A stretch of 64,000 nt of DNA from the human T2T-CHM13v2.0 reference genome, Homo sapiens, in the NCBI RefSeq assembly GCF_009914755.1, contig NC_060927.1, one strand, 5' to 3'. The position numbers and the translations under genes were made by a program. Of this stretch, positions 1 through 15,600 are shown piece by piece (within the stretch, counting starts at the first letter, position 1; each line of letters begins with the position of its first letter). The notes beneath the pieces were generated by a model. That model worked only from the letters and a program-made list of their open reading frames with translations. It did not search any database and had not been told where the DNA came from.

Positions 1-1487
1 CATATATTATATACTGTACATAAAATATCAAAGTACCCAAGGTATATATTCTATACTGTACAAAAAATATCAAAGTACCCAAAGCATGTATTATATACTG
101 TATATAAAATATGAAAGTACATCAAATATATATTTTATTCTGTACATAAAATATCAAAGTACACCAGATATATATTCTATAGTGTACATAAAATATCAAA
201 GTACCCAAACTATACATTATATACTGTACATAAAATATGAAATTACATCAAATATATATTATATTAGGTACATAAAATACGAAAGTACATCAAATATAGA
301 TTATATACTGTACATAAAATATGAAAGTACCCCAATATATATTATATACTCTACATGAAATATCAAAGTTCACAAACTATATATTATGTACTGTACATAA
401 AATATCAAACTACCCAAGGTATATATTCTATACTGTACAAAAAATATCAAAGTACCCAAAGCATGTATTATATAATGTACATAAAATATGAAAGTACATC
501 AAATATATATTTTATTCTGTACATAAAATATCAAAGTACACCAGATATATATTCTACAGTGTACATAAAATATCAAAGTACCCAAACTATACATTATATA
601 CTGTACATAAAATATGAAATTACATCAAATATATATTATATTAGGTACATAAAATACGAAAGTACATCAAATATAGATTATATACTGTACATAAAATATC
701 AAAGTACCCCAATATATATTATATACTGTACATGAAATATCAAAGTTCACAAACTATATATTATGTACTGTACATAAAATATCAAAGTACCCAAGGTATA
801 TATTCTATACTGTACAAAAAATATCAAAGTACCCAAAGCATGTATTATATAATGTACATAAAATATGAAAGTACATCAAATATATATTTTATTCTGTACA
901 TAAAATATCAAAGTACACCAGATATATATTCTATAGCGTACATAAAATATCAAAGTACACAAACTATACATTATATACTGTACATAAAATATGAAATTAC
1001 ATCAAATATATATTATATTAGGTAAATGAAATATGAAAGTACATCAAATATAGATTATATACTGTACATAAATTATGAAAGTACCCCAAATATATATTAT
1101 ATACTCTACATGAAATATCAAAGTTCACAAACTATATATTATATACTGTACATAAAATATCAAAGTACCCAAGGTATATATTCTATACTGTACAAAAAAT
1201 ATCAAAGTATCCAAAGCATGTATTATATACTGTATATAAAATATGAAAGTACATCAAATATATATTTTATTCTGTACATAAAATATCAAAGTACACCAGA
1301 TATATATTCTATAGCGTACATAAAATATCAAAGTACACAAACTATACATTATATACTGTACATAAAATATGAAATTACATCAAATATATATTATATTAGG
1401 TACATAAAATATGAAAGTACATCAAATATAGATTATATACTGTAAATATAATATCAATGTACCCCAAATATATATTTTATACTCTAC

Positions 1488-1865
1488 ATGAAATATCAAA
1501 GTTCACAAACCATATATTATATACTGTACATAAAATATCAAAGTACCCAAGGTATATATTCTATACTGTACAAAAAATATCAAAGTACCCAAAGCATGTA
1601 TTATATACTGTACATAAAATATGAAAGTACATCAAATATATATTTTATTCTGTACATAAAATATCAAAGTACACCAGATATATATTCTATAGTGTACATA
1701 AAATATCAAAGTACCCAAACTATACATTATATACTGTACATAAAATATGAAATTACATCAAATATATATTATATTAGGTAAATGAAATATGAAAGTACAT
1801 CAAATATAGATTATATACTGTACATAAAATATGAAAGTACCCCAAATATATATTATATACTCTAC
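1488..1865 (+). repeat. Representative 378-bp 9-monomer higher-order repeat unit (M1-M9)
   Basis: The M1 marker atgaaatatcaaagttcacaaac recurs at 1110, 1488, 1866, 2244 (378-bp spacing), with nine distinguishable monomers in fixed order. Confidence 0.97.
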
Positions 1866-2998
1866 ATGAAATATCAAAGTTCACAAACTATATATTATAT
1901 ACTGTACATAAAATATCAAAGTACCCAAGGTATATATTCTATACTGTACAAAAAATATCAAAGTATCCAAAGCATGTATTATATACTGTATATAAAATAT
2001 GAAAGTACATCAAATATATATTTTATTCTGTACATAAAATATCAAAGTACACCAGATATATATTCTATAGTGTACATAAAATATCAAAGTACCCAAACTA
2101 TACATTATATACTGTACATAAAATATGAAATTACAGCAAATATATATTATATTAGGTACATAAAATATGAAAGTACATCAAATATAGATTATATACTCTA
2201 CATTAAATACCAAAGTACCCCAAATATATATTTTATACTGTACATGAAATATCAAAGTTCACAAACTATATATTATATACTGTACATAAAATATCAATGT
2301 ACCCAGGGCATATATTCTATACTGCACAAAAAATATCAAAGTACCCAAAGCATGTATTATATACTGTATATAAAATATGAAAGTACATCAAATATATATT
2401 TTATTCTGTACATAAAATATCAAAGTACACCAGATATATATTCTATAGTGTACATAAAATATCAAAGTACCCAAACTATACATTATATACTGTACATAAA
2501 ATATGAAATTACATCAAATATATATTATATTAGGTACATAAAATACGAAAGTACATCAAATATAGATTATATACTGTACATAAAATATGAAAGTACCCCA
2601 ATATATATTATATACTCTACATGAAATATCAAAGTTCACAAACTATATATTATGTACTGTACATAAAATATCAAACTACCCAAGGTATATATTCTATACT
2701 GTACAAAAAATATCAAAGTACCCAAAGCATGTATTATATAATGTACATAAAATATGAAAGTACATCAAATATATATTTTATTCTGTACATAAAATATCAA
2801 AGAACACCAGATATATATTCTATAGTGTACATAAAATATCAAAGTACCCAAACTATACATTATATACTGTACATAAAATATGAAATTACAGCAAATATAT
2901 ATTATATTAGGTACATAAAATATGAAAGTACATCAAATATAGATTATATACTGTACATTAAATACCAAAGTACCCCAAATATATATTTTATACTGTAC

Positions 2999-3580
2999 AT
3001 GAAATATCAAAGTTCACAAACTATATATTATATACTGTACATAATATATCAATGTACCCAAGGTATATATTCTATACTGCACAAAAAATATCAAAGTACC
3101 CAAAGCATGTATTATATACTGTATATAAAATATGAAAGTACATCAAATATATATTTTATTCTGTACATAAAATATCAAAGTACACCAGATATATATTCTA
3201 TAGTGTACATAAAATAACAAAGTACACAAACTATAAATTATATCCTGTACATAAAATATGAAATTACATCAAATATATATTAGGTACATAAAATATGAAA
3301 GTACATCAAATATAGATTATATACTGTACATTAAGTACCAAAGTACACCAAATATATATTTTATTCTGTACATAAAATATCAAAGTACACCAGATATATA
3401 TTCTATAGTGTACATAAAATATCAAAGTACCCAAACTATACATTATATACTGTACATAAAATATGAAATTACATCAAATATATATTATATTAGGTACATA
3501 AAATACGAAAGTACATCAAATATAGATTATATACTGTACATAAAATATGAAAGTACCCCAATATATATTATATACTCTAC
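2999..3580 (+). repeat. 14-monomer HOR variant (582/583 bp); also at 5088, 9070, 11159, 18839, 55690
   Basis: M1-to-M1 distance is 582-583 bp. The M9/M4 hybrid junction ttaagtaccaaagtacaccaaatatatattttattctg is followed by a second M5-M9. Confidence 0.9.
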
Positions 3581-4714
3581 ATGAAATATCAAAGTTCACA
3601 AACTATATATTATGTACTGTACATAAAATATCAAACTACCCAAGGTATATATTCTATACTGTACAAAAAATATCAAAGTACCCAAAGCATGTATTATATA
3701 ATGTACATAAAATATGAAAGTACATCAAATATATATTTTATTCTGTACATAAAATATCAAAGAACACCAGATATATATTCTATAGTGTACATAAAATATC
3801 AAAGTACCCAAACTATACATTATATACTGTACATAAAATATGAAATTACATCAAATATATATTATATTAGGTACATAAAATATGAAAGTACATCAAATAT
3901 AGATTATATACTGTAAATATAATATCAATGTACCCCAAATATATATTTTATACTCTACATGAAATATCAAAGTTCACAAACCATATATTATATACTGTAC
4001 ATAAAATATCAAAGTACCCAAGGTATATATTCTATACTGTACAAAAAATATCAAAGTACCCAAAGCATGTATTATATACTGTACATAAAATATGAAAGTA
4101 CATCAAATATATATTTTATTCTGTACATAAAATATCAAAGTACACCAGATATATATTCTATAGTGTACATAAAATATCAAAGTACCCAAACTATACATTA
4201 TATACTGTACATAAAATATGAAATTACATCAAATATATATTATATTAGGTAAATGAAATATGAAAGTACATCAAATATAGATTATATACTGTACATAAAA
4301 TATGAAAGTACCCCAAATATATATTATATACTCTACATGAAATATCAAAGTTCACAAACTATATATTATATACTGTCCATAAAATATCAAAGTACCCAAG
4401 GTATATATTTTATACTGTACAAAAAATATCAAAGTACCCAAAGCATGTATTATATACTATACCTAAAATATGAAAGTACATCAAATATATATTTTATTCT
4501 GTACATAAAATATCAAAGTACACCAGATATATATTCTACAGTGTATATAAAATATCAAAGTACCCAAACTATACATTATATACTGTACATAAAATATGAA
4601 ATTACATCAAATATATATTATATTAGGTACATAAAATATGAAAGTACATGAAGTATAGATTATATACTGTACATAAAATATCAAAGTACCCCAAATTTAT
4701 ATTATATACTATAC

Positions 4715-5087
4715 ATGAAATATCAAAGTTCACAAACTATATATTATATACTGTACATAAAATATCAAAGTACCCAAGGTATATATTCTATAGTGTACAA
4801 AAAATATCAAAGTACCCAAAGCATGTATTATATACCGTACGTAAAATATAAAATTACATCAAATATATATTTTATTCTGTACATAAAATATCAAAGTACA
4901 CCAGATATATATACTATAGTGTACATAAAATATCAAAGTACCCAAACTATACATTATACACTGCACATAAAATATGAAATTACATCAAATATATATTAGG
5001 TACAGAAAATATGAAAGTACATCAAATATAGATTATATACTGTAAATATAATATCAATGTACCCCAAATATATATTTTATACTCTAC
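4715..5087 (+). repeat. 373-bp HOR variant (5-bp deletion in M7), recurrent through the window
   Basis: aaatatatattatattagg becomes aaatatatattagg near 4990; M1 spacing 4715 to 5088. Confidence 0.92.
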
Positions 5088-8000
5088 ATGAAATATCAAA
5101 GTTCACAAACCATATATTATATACTGTACATAAAATATCAAAGTACCCAAGGTATATATTCTATACTGTACAAAAAATATCAAAGTACCCAAAGCATGTA
5201 TTATATACTGTACATAAAATATGAAAGTACATCAAATATATATTTTATTCTGTACATAAAATATCAAAGTACACCAGATATATATTCTATAGTGTACATA
5301 AAATAACAAAGTACACAAACTATAAATTATATCCTGTACATAAAATATGAAATTACATCAAATATATATTAGGTACATAAAATATGAAAGTACATCAAAT
5401 ATAGATTATATACTGTACATTAAGTACCAAAGTACACCAAATATATATTTTATTCTGTACATAAAATATCAAAGTACACCAGATATATATTCTATAGTGT
5501 ACATAAAATATCAAAGTACCCAAACTATACATTATATACTGTACATAAAATATGAAATTACAGCAAATATATATTATATTAGGTACATAAAATATGAAAG
5601 TACATCAAATATAGATTATATACTCTACATTAAATACCAAAGTACCCCAAATATATATTTTATACTGTACATGAAATATCAAAGTTCACAAACTATATAT
5701 TATATACTGTACATAAAATATCAATGTACCCAAGGTATATATTCTATACTGCACAAAAAATATCAAAGTACCCAAAGCATGTATTATATACTGTATATAA
5801 AATATGAAAGTACATCAAATATATATTTTATTCTGTACATAAAATATCAAAGTACACCAGATATATATTCTATAGTGTACATAAAATATCAAAGTACCCA
5901 AACTATACATTATATACTGTACATAAAATATGAAATTACATCAAATATATATTATATTAGGTACATAAAATACGAAAGTACATCAAATATAGATTATATA
6001 CTGTACATAAAATATGAAAGTACCCCAATATATATTATATACTCTACATGAAATATCAAAGTTTACAAACTATATATTATGTACTGTACATAAAATATCA
6101 AACTACCCAAGGTATATATTCTATACTGTACAAAAAATATCAAAGTACCCAAAGCATGTATTATATAATGTACATAAAATATGAAAGTACATCAAATATA
6201 TATTTTATTCTGTACATAAAATATCAAAGAACACCAGATATATATTCTATAGTGTACATAAAATATCAAAGTACCCAAACTATACATTATATACTGTACA
6301 TAAAATATGAAATTACATCAAATATATATTATATTAGGTACATAAAATATGAAAGTACATCAAATATAGATTATATACTGTAAATATAATATCAATGTAC
6401 CCCAAATATATATTTTATACTCTACATGAAATATCAAAGTTCACAAACCATATATTATATACTGTACATAAAATATCAAAGTACCCAAGGTATATATTCT
6501 ATACTGTACAAAAAATATCAAAGTACCCAAAGCATGTATTATATACTATACCTAAAATATGAAAGTACATCAAATATATATTTTATTCTGTACATAAAAT
6601 ATCAAAGTACACCAGATATATATTCTACAGTGTACATAAAATATCAAAGTACCCAAACTATACATTATATACTGTACATAAAATATGAAATTACATCAAA
6701 TATATATTATATTAGGTACATAAAATACGAAAGTACATCAAATATAGATTATATACTGTACATAAAATATCAAAGTACCCCAATATATATTATATACTGT
6801 ACATGAAATATCAAAGTTCACAAACTATATATTATGTACTGTACATAAAATATCAAAGTACCCAAGGTATATATTCTATACTGTACAAAAAATATCAAAG
6901 TACCCAAAGCATGTATTATATAATGTACATAAAATATGAAAGTACATCAAATATATATTTTATTCTGTACATAAAATATCAAAGTACACCAGATATATAT
7001 TCTATAGCGTACATAAAATATCAAAGTACACAAACTATACATTATATACTGTACATAAAATATGAAATTACATCAAATATATATTATATTAGGTAAATGA
7101 AATATGAAAGTACATCAAATATAGATTATATACTGTACATAAAATATGAAAGTACCCCAAATATATATTATATACTCTACATGAAATATCAAAGTTCACA
7201 AACTATATATTATATACTGTACATAAAATATCAAAGTACCCAAGGTATATATTCTATACTGTACAAAAAATATCAAAGTATCCAAAGCATGTATCATATA
7301 CTGTATATAAAATATGAAAGTACATCAAATATATATTTTATTCTGTACATAAAATATCAAAGTACACCAGATATATATTCTATAGCGTACATAAAATATC
7401 AAAGTACACAAACTATACATTATATACTGTACATAAAATATGAAATTACATCAAATATATATTATATTAGGTACATAAAATATGAAAGTACATCAAATAT
7501 AGATTATATACTGTAAATATAATATCAATGTACCCCAAATATATATTTTATACTCTACATGAAATATCAAAGTTCACAAACCATATATTATATACTGTAC
7601 ATAAAATATCAAAGTACCCAAGGTATATATTCTATACTGTACAAAAAATATCAAAGTACCCAAAGCATGTATTATATACTGTACATAAAATATGAAAGTA
7701 CATCAAATATATATTTTATTCTGTACATAAAATATCAAAGTACACCAGATATATATTCTATAGTGTACATAAAATATCAAAGTACCCAAACTATACATTA
7801 TATACTGTACATAAAATATGAAATTACATCAAATATATATTATATTAGGTAAATGAAATATGAAAGTACATCAAATATAGATTATATACTGTACATAAAA
7901 TATGAAAGTACCCCAAATATATATTATATACTCTACATGAAATATCAAAGTTCACAAACTATATATTATATACTGTACATAAAATATCAAAGTACCCAAG

Positions 8001-11000
8001 GTATATATTCTATACTGTACAAAAAATATCAAAGTATCCAAAGCATGTATTATATACTGTATATAAAATATGAAAGTACATCAAATATATATTTTATTCT
8101 GTACATAAAATATCAAAGTACACCAGATATATATTCTATAGTGTACATAAAATATCAAAGTACCCAAACTATACATTATATACTGTACATAAAATATGAA
8201 ATTACAGCAAATATATATTATATTAGGTACATAAAATATGAAAGTACATCAAATATAGATTATATACTCTACATTAAATACCAAAGTACCCCAAATATAT
8301 ATTTTATACTGTACATGAAATATCAAAGTTCACAAACTATATATTATATACTGTACATAAAATATCAATGTACCCAGGGCATATATTCTATACTGCACAA
8401 AAAATATCAAAGTACCCAAAGCATGTATTATATACTGTATATAAAATATGAAAGTACATCAAATATATATTTTATTCTGTACATAAAATATCAAAGTACA
8501 CCAGATATATATTCTATAGTGTACATAAAATATCAAAGTACCCAAACTATACATTATATACTGTACATAAAATATGAAATTACATCAAATATATATTATA
8601 TTAGGTACATAAAATACGAAAGTACATCAAATATAGATTATATACTGTACATAAAATATGAAAGTACCCCAATATATATTATATACTCTACATGAAATAT
8701 CAAAGTTCACAAACTATATATTATGTACTGTACATAAAATATCAAACTACCCAAGGTATATATTCTATACTGTACAAAAAATATCAAAGTACCCAAAGCA
8801 TGTATTATATAATGTACATAAAATATGAAAGTACATCAAATATATATTTTATTCTGTACATAAAATATCAAAGAACACCAGATATATATTCTATAGTGTA
8901 CATAAAATATCAAAGTACCCAAACTATACATTATATACTGTACATAAAATATGAAATTACAGCAAATATATATTATATTAGGTACATAAAATATGAAAGT
9001 ACATCAAATATAGATTATATACTGTACATTAAATACCAAAGTACCCCAAATATATATTTTATACTGTACATGAAATATCAAAGTTCACAAACTATATATT
9101 ATATACTGTACATAATATATCAATGTACCCAAGGTATATATTCTATACTGCACAAAAAATATCAAAGTACCCAAAGCATGTATTATATACTGTATATAAA
9201 ATATGAAAGTACATCAAATATATATTTTATTCTGTACATAAAATATCAAAGTACACCAGATATATATTCTATAGTGTACATAAAATAACAAAGTACACAA
9301 ACTATAAATTATATCCTGTACATAAAATATGAAATTACATCAAATATATATTAGGTACATAAAATATGAAAGTACATCAAATATAGATTATATACTGTAC
9401 ATTAAGTACCAAAGTACACCAAATATATATTTTATTCTGTACATAAAATATCAAAGTACACCAGATATATATTCTATAGTGTACATAAAATATCAAAGTA
9501 CCCAAACTATACATTATATACTGTACATAAAATATGAAATTACATCAAATATATATTATATTAGGTACATAAAATACGAAAGTACATCAAATATAGATTA
9601 TATACTGTACATAAAATATGAAAGTACCCCAATATATATTATATACTCTACATGAAATATCAAAGTTCACAAACTATATATTATGTACTGTACATAAAAT
9701 ATCAAACTACCCAAGGTATATATTCTATACTGTACAAAAAATATCAAAGTACCCAAAGCATGTATTATATAATGTACATAAAATATGAAAGTACATCAAA
9801 TATATATTTTATTCTGTACATAAAATATCAAAGAACACCAGATATATATTCTATAGTGTACATAAAATATCAAAGTACCCAAACTATACATTATATACTG
9901 TACATAAAATATGAAATTACATCAAATATATATTATATTAGGTACATAAAATATGAAAGTACATCAAATATAGATTATATACTGTAAATATAATATCAAT
10001 GTACCCCAAATATATATTTTATACTCTACATGAAATATCAAAGTTCACAAACCATATATTATATACTGTACATAAAATATCAAAGTACCCAAGGTATATA
10101 TTCTATACTGTACAAAAAATATCAAAGTACCCAAAGCATGTATTATATACTGTACATAAAATATGAAAGTACATCAAATATATATTTTATTCTGTACATA
10201 AAATATCAAAGTACACCAGATATATATTCTATAGTGTACATAAAATATCAAAGTACCCAAACTATACATTATATACTGTACATAAAATATGAAATTACAT
10301 CAAATATATATTATATTAGGTAAATGAAATATGAAAGTACATCAAATATAGATTATATACTGTACATAAAATATGAAAGTACCCCAAATATATATTATAT
10401 ACTCTACATGAAATATCAAAGTTCACAAACTATATATTATATACTGTCCATAAAATATCAAAGTACCCAAGGTATATATTTTATACTGTACAAAAAATAT
10501 CAAAGTACCCAAAGCATGTATTATATACTATACCTAAAATATGAAAGTACATCAAATATATATTTTATTCTGTACATAAAATATCAAAGTACACCAGATA
10601 TATATTCTACAGTGTATATAAAATATCAAAGTACCCAAACTATACATTATATACTGTACATAAAATATGAAATTACATCAAATATATATTATATTAGGTA
10701 CATAAAATATGAAAGTACATGAAGTATAGATTATATACTGTACATAAAATATCAAAGTACCCCAAATTTATATTATATACTATACATGAAATATCAAAGT
10801 TCACAAACTATATATTATATACTGTACATAAAATATCAAAGTACCCAAGGTATATATTCTATAGTGTACAAAAAATATCAAAGTACCCAAAGCATGTATT
10901 ATATACCGTACGTAAAATATAAAATTACATCAAATATATATTTTATTCTGTACATAAAATATCAAAGTACACCAGATATATATACTATAGTGTACATAAA

Positions 11001-12118
11001 ATATCAAAGTACCCAAACTATACATTATACACTGCACATAAAATATGAAATTACATCAAATATATATTAGGTACAGAAAATATGAAAGTACATCAAATAT
11101 AGATTATATACTGTAAATATAATATCAATGTACCCCAAATATATATTTTATACTCTACATGAAATATCAAAGTTCACAAACCATATATTATATACTGTAC
11201 ATAAAATATCAAAGTACCCAAGGTATATATTCTATACTGTACAAAAAATATCAAAGTACCCAAAGCATGTATTATATACTGTACATAAAATATGAAAGTA
11301 CATCAAATATATATTTTATTCTGTACATAAAATATCAAAGTACACCAGATATATATTCTATAGTGTACATAAAATAACAAAGTACACAAACTATAAATTA
11401 TATCCTGTACATAAAATATGAAATTACATCAAATATATATTAGGTACATAAAATATGAAAGTACATCAAATATAGATTATATACTGTACATTAAGTACCA
11501 AAGTACACCAAATATATATTTTATTCTGTACATAAAATATCAAAGTACACCAGATATATATTCTATAGTGTACATAAAATATCAAAGTACCCAAACTATA
11601 CATTATATACTGTACATAAAATATGAAATTACAGCAAATATATATTATATTAGGTACATAAAATATGAAAGTACATCAAATATAGATTATATACTCTACA
11701 TTAAATACCAAAGTACCCCAAATATATATTTTATACTGTACATGAAATATCAAAGTTCACAAACTATATATTATATACTGTACATAAAATATCAATGTAC
11801 CCAAGGTATATATTCTATACTGCACAAAAAATATCAAAGTACCCAAAGCATGTATTATATACTGTATATAAAATATGAAAGTACATCAAATATATATTTT
11901 ATTCTGTACATAAAATATCAAAGTACACCAGATATATATTCAATAGTGTACATAAAATATCAAAGTACCCAAACTATACATTATATACTGTACATAAAAT
12001 ATGAAATTACATCAAATATATATTATCTTAGGTACATAAAATACGAAAGTACATCAAATATAGATTATATACTGTACATAAAATATGAAAGTACCCCAAT
12101 ATATATTATATACTCTAC

Positions 12119-12654
12119 ATGAAATATCAAAGTTCACAAACTATATATTATGTACTGTACATAAAATATCAAACTACCCAAGGTATATATTCTATACTGT
12201 ACAAAAAATATCAAAGTACCCAAAGCATGTATTATATAATGTACATAAAATATGAAAGTACATCAAATATATATTTTATTCTGTACATAAAATATCAAAG
12301 AACACCAGATATATATTCTATAGTGTACATAAAATATCAAAGTACCCAAACTATACATTATATACTGTACATAAAATATGAAATTACATCATATATATAT
12401 TAGGTACATAAAATATGAAAGTACATCAAATATATATTTTATTCTGTACATAAAATATCAAAGTACACCAGATATATATTCTATAGTGTACATAAAATAA
12501 CAAAGTACACAAACTATAAATTATATACTGTACATAAAATATGAAATTACATCAAATATATATTAGGTACATAAAATATGAAAGTACATCAAATATAGAT
12601 TATATACTGTACATATAATATCAATGTACCCGAAATATATATTTTATACTCTAC
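12119..12654 (+). repeat. 13-monomer HOR variant (536 bp); also at 16051, 40151, 45216, 47634, 50052, 57028, 59824
   Basis: M1-to-M1 distance is 536 = 13x42-10. Order is M1-M6, M7(del5), M8/M4 hybrid, M5, M6, M7(del5), M8, M9. Confidence 0.9.
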
Positions 12655-15600
12655 ATGAAATATCAAAGTTCACAAACCATATATTGTATACTGCACATAA
12701 AATATCAAAATACCCAAGGTATATATTCTATACTGTACAAAAAATATCAAAGTACCCAAAGCAGGTATTATATACTGTACATAAAATATGAAAGTACATC
12801 AAATATATATTTTATTCTGTACATAAAATATCAAAGTACACCAGATATATATTCTATAGCGTACATAAAATATCAAAGTACACAAACTATACATTATATA
12901 CTGTACATAAAATATGAAATTACATCAAATATATATTATATTAGGTACATAAAATATGAAAGTACATCAAATATAGATTATATACTGTAAATATAATATC
13001 AATGTACCCCAAATATATATTTTATACTCTACATGAAATATCAAAGTTCACAAACCATATATTATATACTGTACATAAAATATCAAAGTACCCAAGGTAT
13101 ATATTCTATACTGTACAAAAACTATCAAAGTACCCAAAGCATGTATTATATACTGTACATAAAATATGAAAGTACATCAAATATATATTTTATTCTGTAC
13201 ATAAAATATCAAAGTACACCAGATATATATTCTATAGTGTACATAAAATATCAAAGTACCCAAACTATACATTATATACTGTACATAAAATATGAAATTA
13301 CATCAAATATATATTATATTAGGTAAATGAAATATGAAAGTACATCAAATATAGATTATATACTGTACATAAAATATGAAAGTACCCCAAATATATATTA
13401 TATACTCTACATGAAATATCAAAGTTCACAAACTATATATTATATACTGTCCATAAAATATCAAAGTACCCAAGGTATATATTTTATACTGTACAAAAAA
13501 TATCAAAGTACCCAAAGCATGTATTATATACTATACCTAAAATATGAAAGTACATCAAATATATATTTTATTCTGTACATAAAATATCAAAGTACACCAG
13601 ATATATATTCTACAGTGTATATAAAATATCAAAGTACCCAAACTATACATTATATACTGTACATAAAATATGAAATTACATCAAATATATATTATATTAG
13701 GTACATAAAATATGAAAGTACATGAAGTATAGATTATATACTGTACATAAAATATCAAAGTACCCCAAATTTATATTATATACTATACATGAAATATCAA
13801 AGTTCACAAACTATATATTATATACTGTACATAAAATATCAAAGTACCCAAGGTATATATTCTATAGTGTACAAAAAATATCAAAGTACCCAAAGCATGT
13901 ATTATATACCGTACGTAAAATATAAAATTACATCAAATATATATTTTATTCTGTACATAAAATATCAAAGTACACCAGATATATATACTATAGTGTACAT
14001 AAAATATCAAAGTACCCAAACTATACATTATACACTGCACATAAAATATGAAATTACATCAAATATATATTAGGTACATAAAATATGAAAGTACATCAAA
14101 TATAGATTATATACTGTAAATATAATATCAATGTACCCCAAATATATATTTTATACTCTACATGAAATATCAAAGTTCACAAACCATATATTATATACTG
14201 TACATAAAATATCAAAGTACCCAAGGTATATATTCTATACTGTACAAAAAATATCAAAGTACCCAAAGCATGTATTATATACTGTACATAAAATATGAAA
14301 GTACATCAAATATATATTTTATTCTGTACATAAAATATCAAAGTACACCAGATATATATTCTATAGTGTACATAAAATATCAAAGTACCCAAACTATACA
14401 TTATATACTGTACATAAAATATGAAATTACATCAAATATATATTATATTAGGTACATGAAATTTGAAAGTACATCAAATATAGATTATATACTGTACATA
14501 AAATATGAAAGTACCCCAAATATATATTATATACTCTACATGAAATATCAAAGTTCACAAACTATATATTATATACTGTACATAAAATATCAAAGTACCC
14601 AAGGTATATATTCTATACTGTACAAAAAATATCAAAGTATCCAAAGCATGTATTATATACTGTATATAAAATATGAAAGTACATCAAATATATATTTTAT
14701 TCTGTACATAAAATATCAAAGTACACCAGATATATATTCTATAGTGTACATAAAATATCAAAGTACCCAAACTATACATTATATACTGTACATAAAATAT
14801 GAAATTACAGCAAATATATATTATATTAGGTACATAAAATATGAAAGTACATCAAATATAGATTATATACTCTACATTAAATACCAAAGTACCCCAAATA
14901 TATATTTTATACTGTACATGAAATATCAAAGTTCACAAACTATATATTATATACTGTACATAAAATATCAATGTACCCAAGGTATATATTCTATACTGCA
15001 CAAAAAATATCAAAGTACCCAAAGCATGTATTATATACTGTATATAAAATATGAAAGTACATCAAATATATATTTTATTCTGTACATAAAATATCAAAGT
15101 ACACCAGATATATATTCTATAGTGTACATAAAATATCAAAGTACCCAAACTATACATTATATACTGTACATAAAATATGAAATTACATCAAATATATATT
15201 ATATTAGGTACATAAAATACGAAAGTACATCAAATATAGATTATATACTGTACATAAAATATCAAAGTACCCCAATATATATTATATACTGTACATGAAA
15301 TATCAAAGTTCACAAACTATATATTATGTACTGTACATAAAATATCAAAGTACCCAAGGTATATATTCTATACTGTACAAAAAATATCAAAGTACCCAAA
15401 GCATGTATTATATAATGTACATAAAATATGAAAGTACATCAAATATATATTTTATTCTGTACATAAAATATCAAAGTACACCAGATATATATTCTATAGC
15501 GTACATAAAATATCAAAGTACACAAACTATACATTATATACTGTACATAAAATATGAAATTACATCAAATATATATTATATTAGGTAAATGAAATATGAA

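Larger units (their letters stand above)
482..12390 (+). repeat. Near-complete tandem duplication, period 6071 bp (about 482-6320 and 6553-12390)
   Basis: ORF starts repeat at +6071 (732/6803, 2621/8692, 4648/10719, 6048/12119). Private variants are shared: acccagggca 2301/8372 and tacagaaaat 5001/11072. Confidence 0.93.

Noticed and set aside
10030-14400. 3003-bp offset match (10030/13033, 10786/13789) as a regular period
   Set aside because: It covers only about 1.4 kb and reflects another copy of the dispersed two-HOR cassette, not a sustained periodicity.
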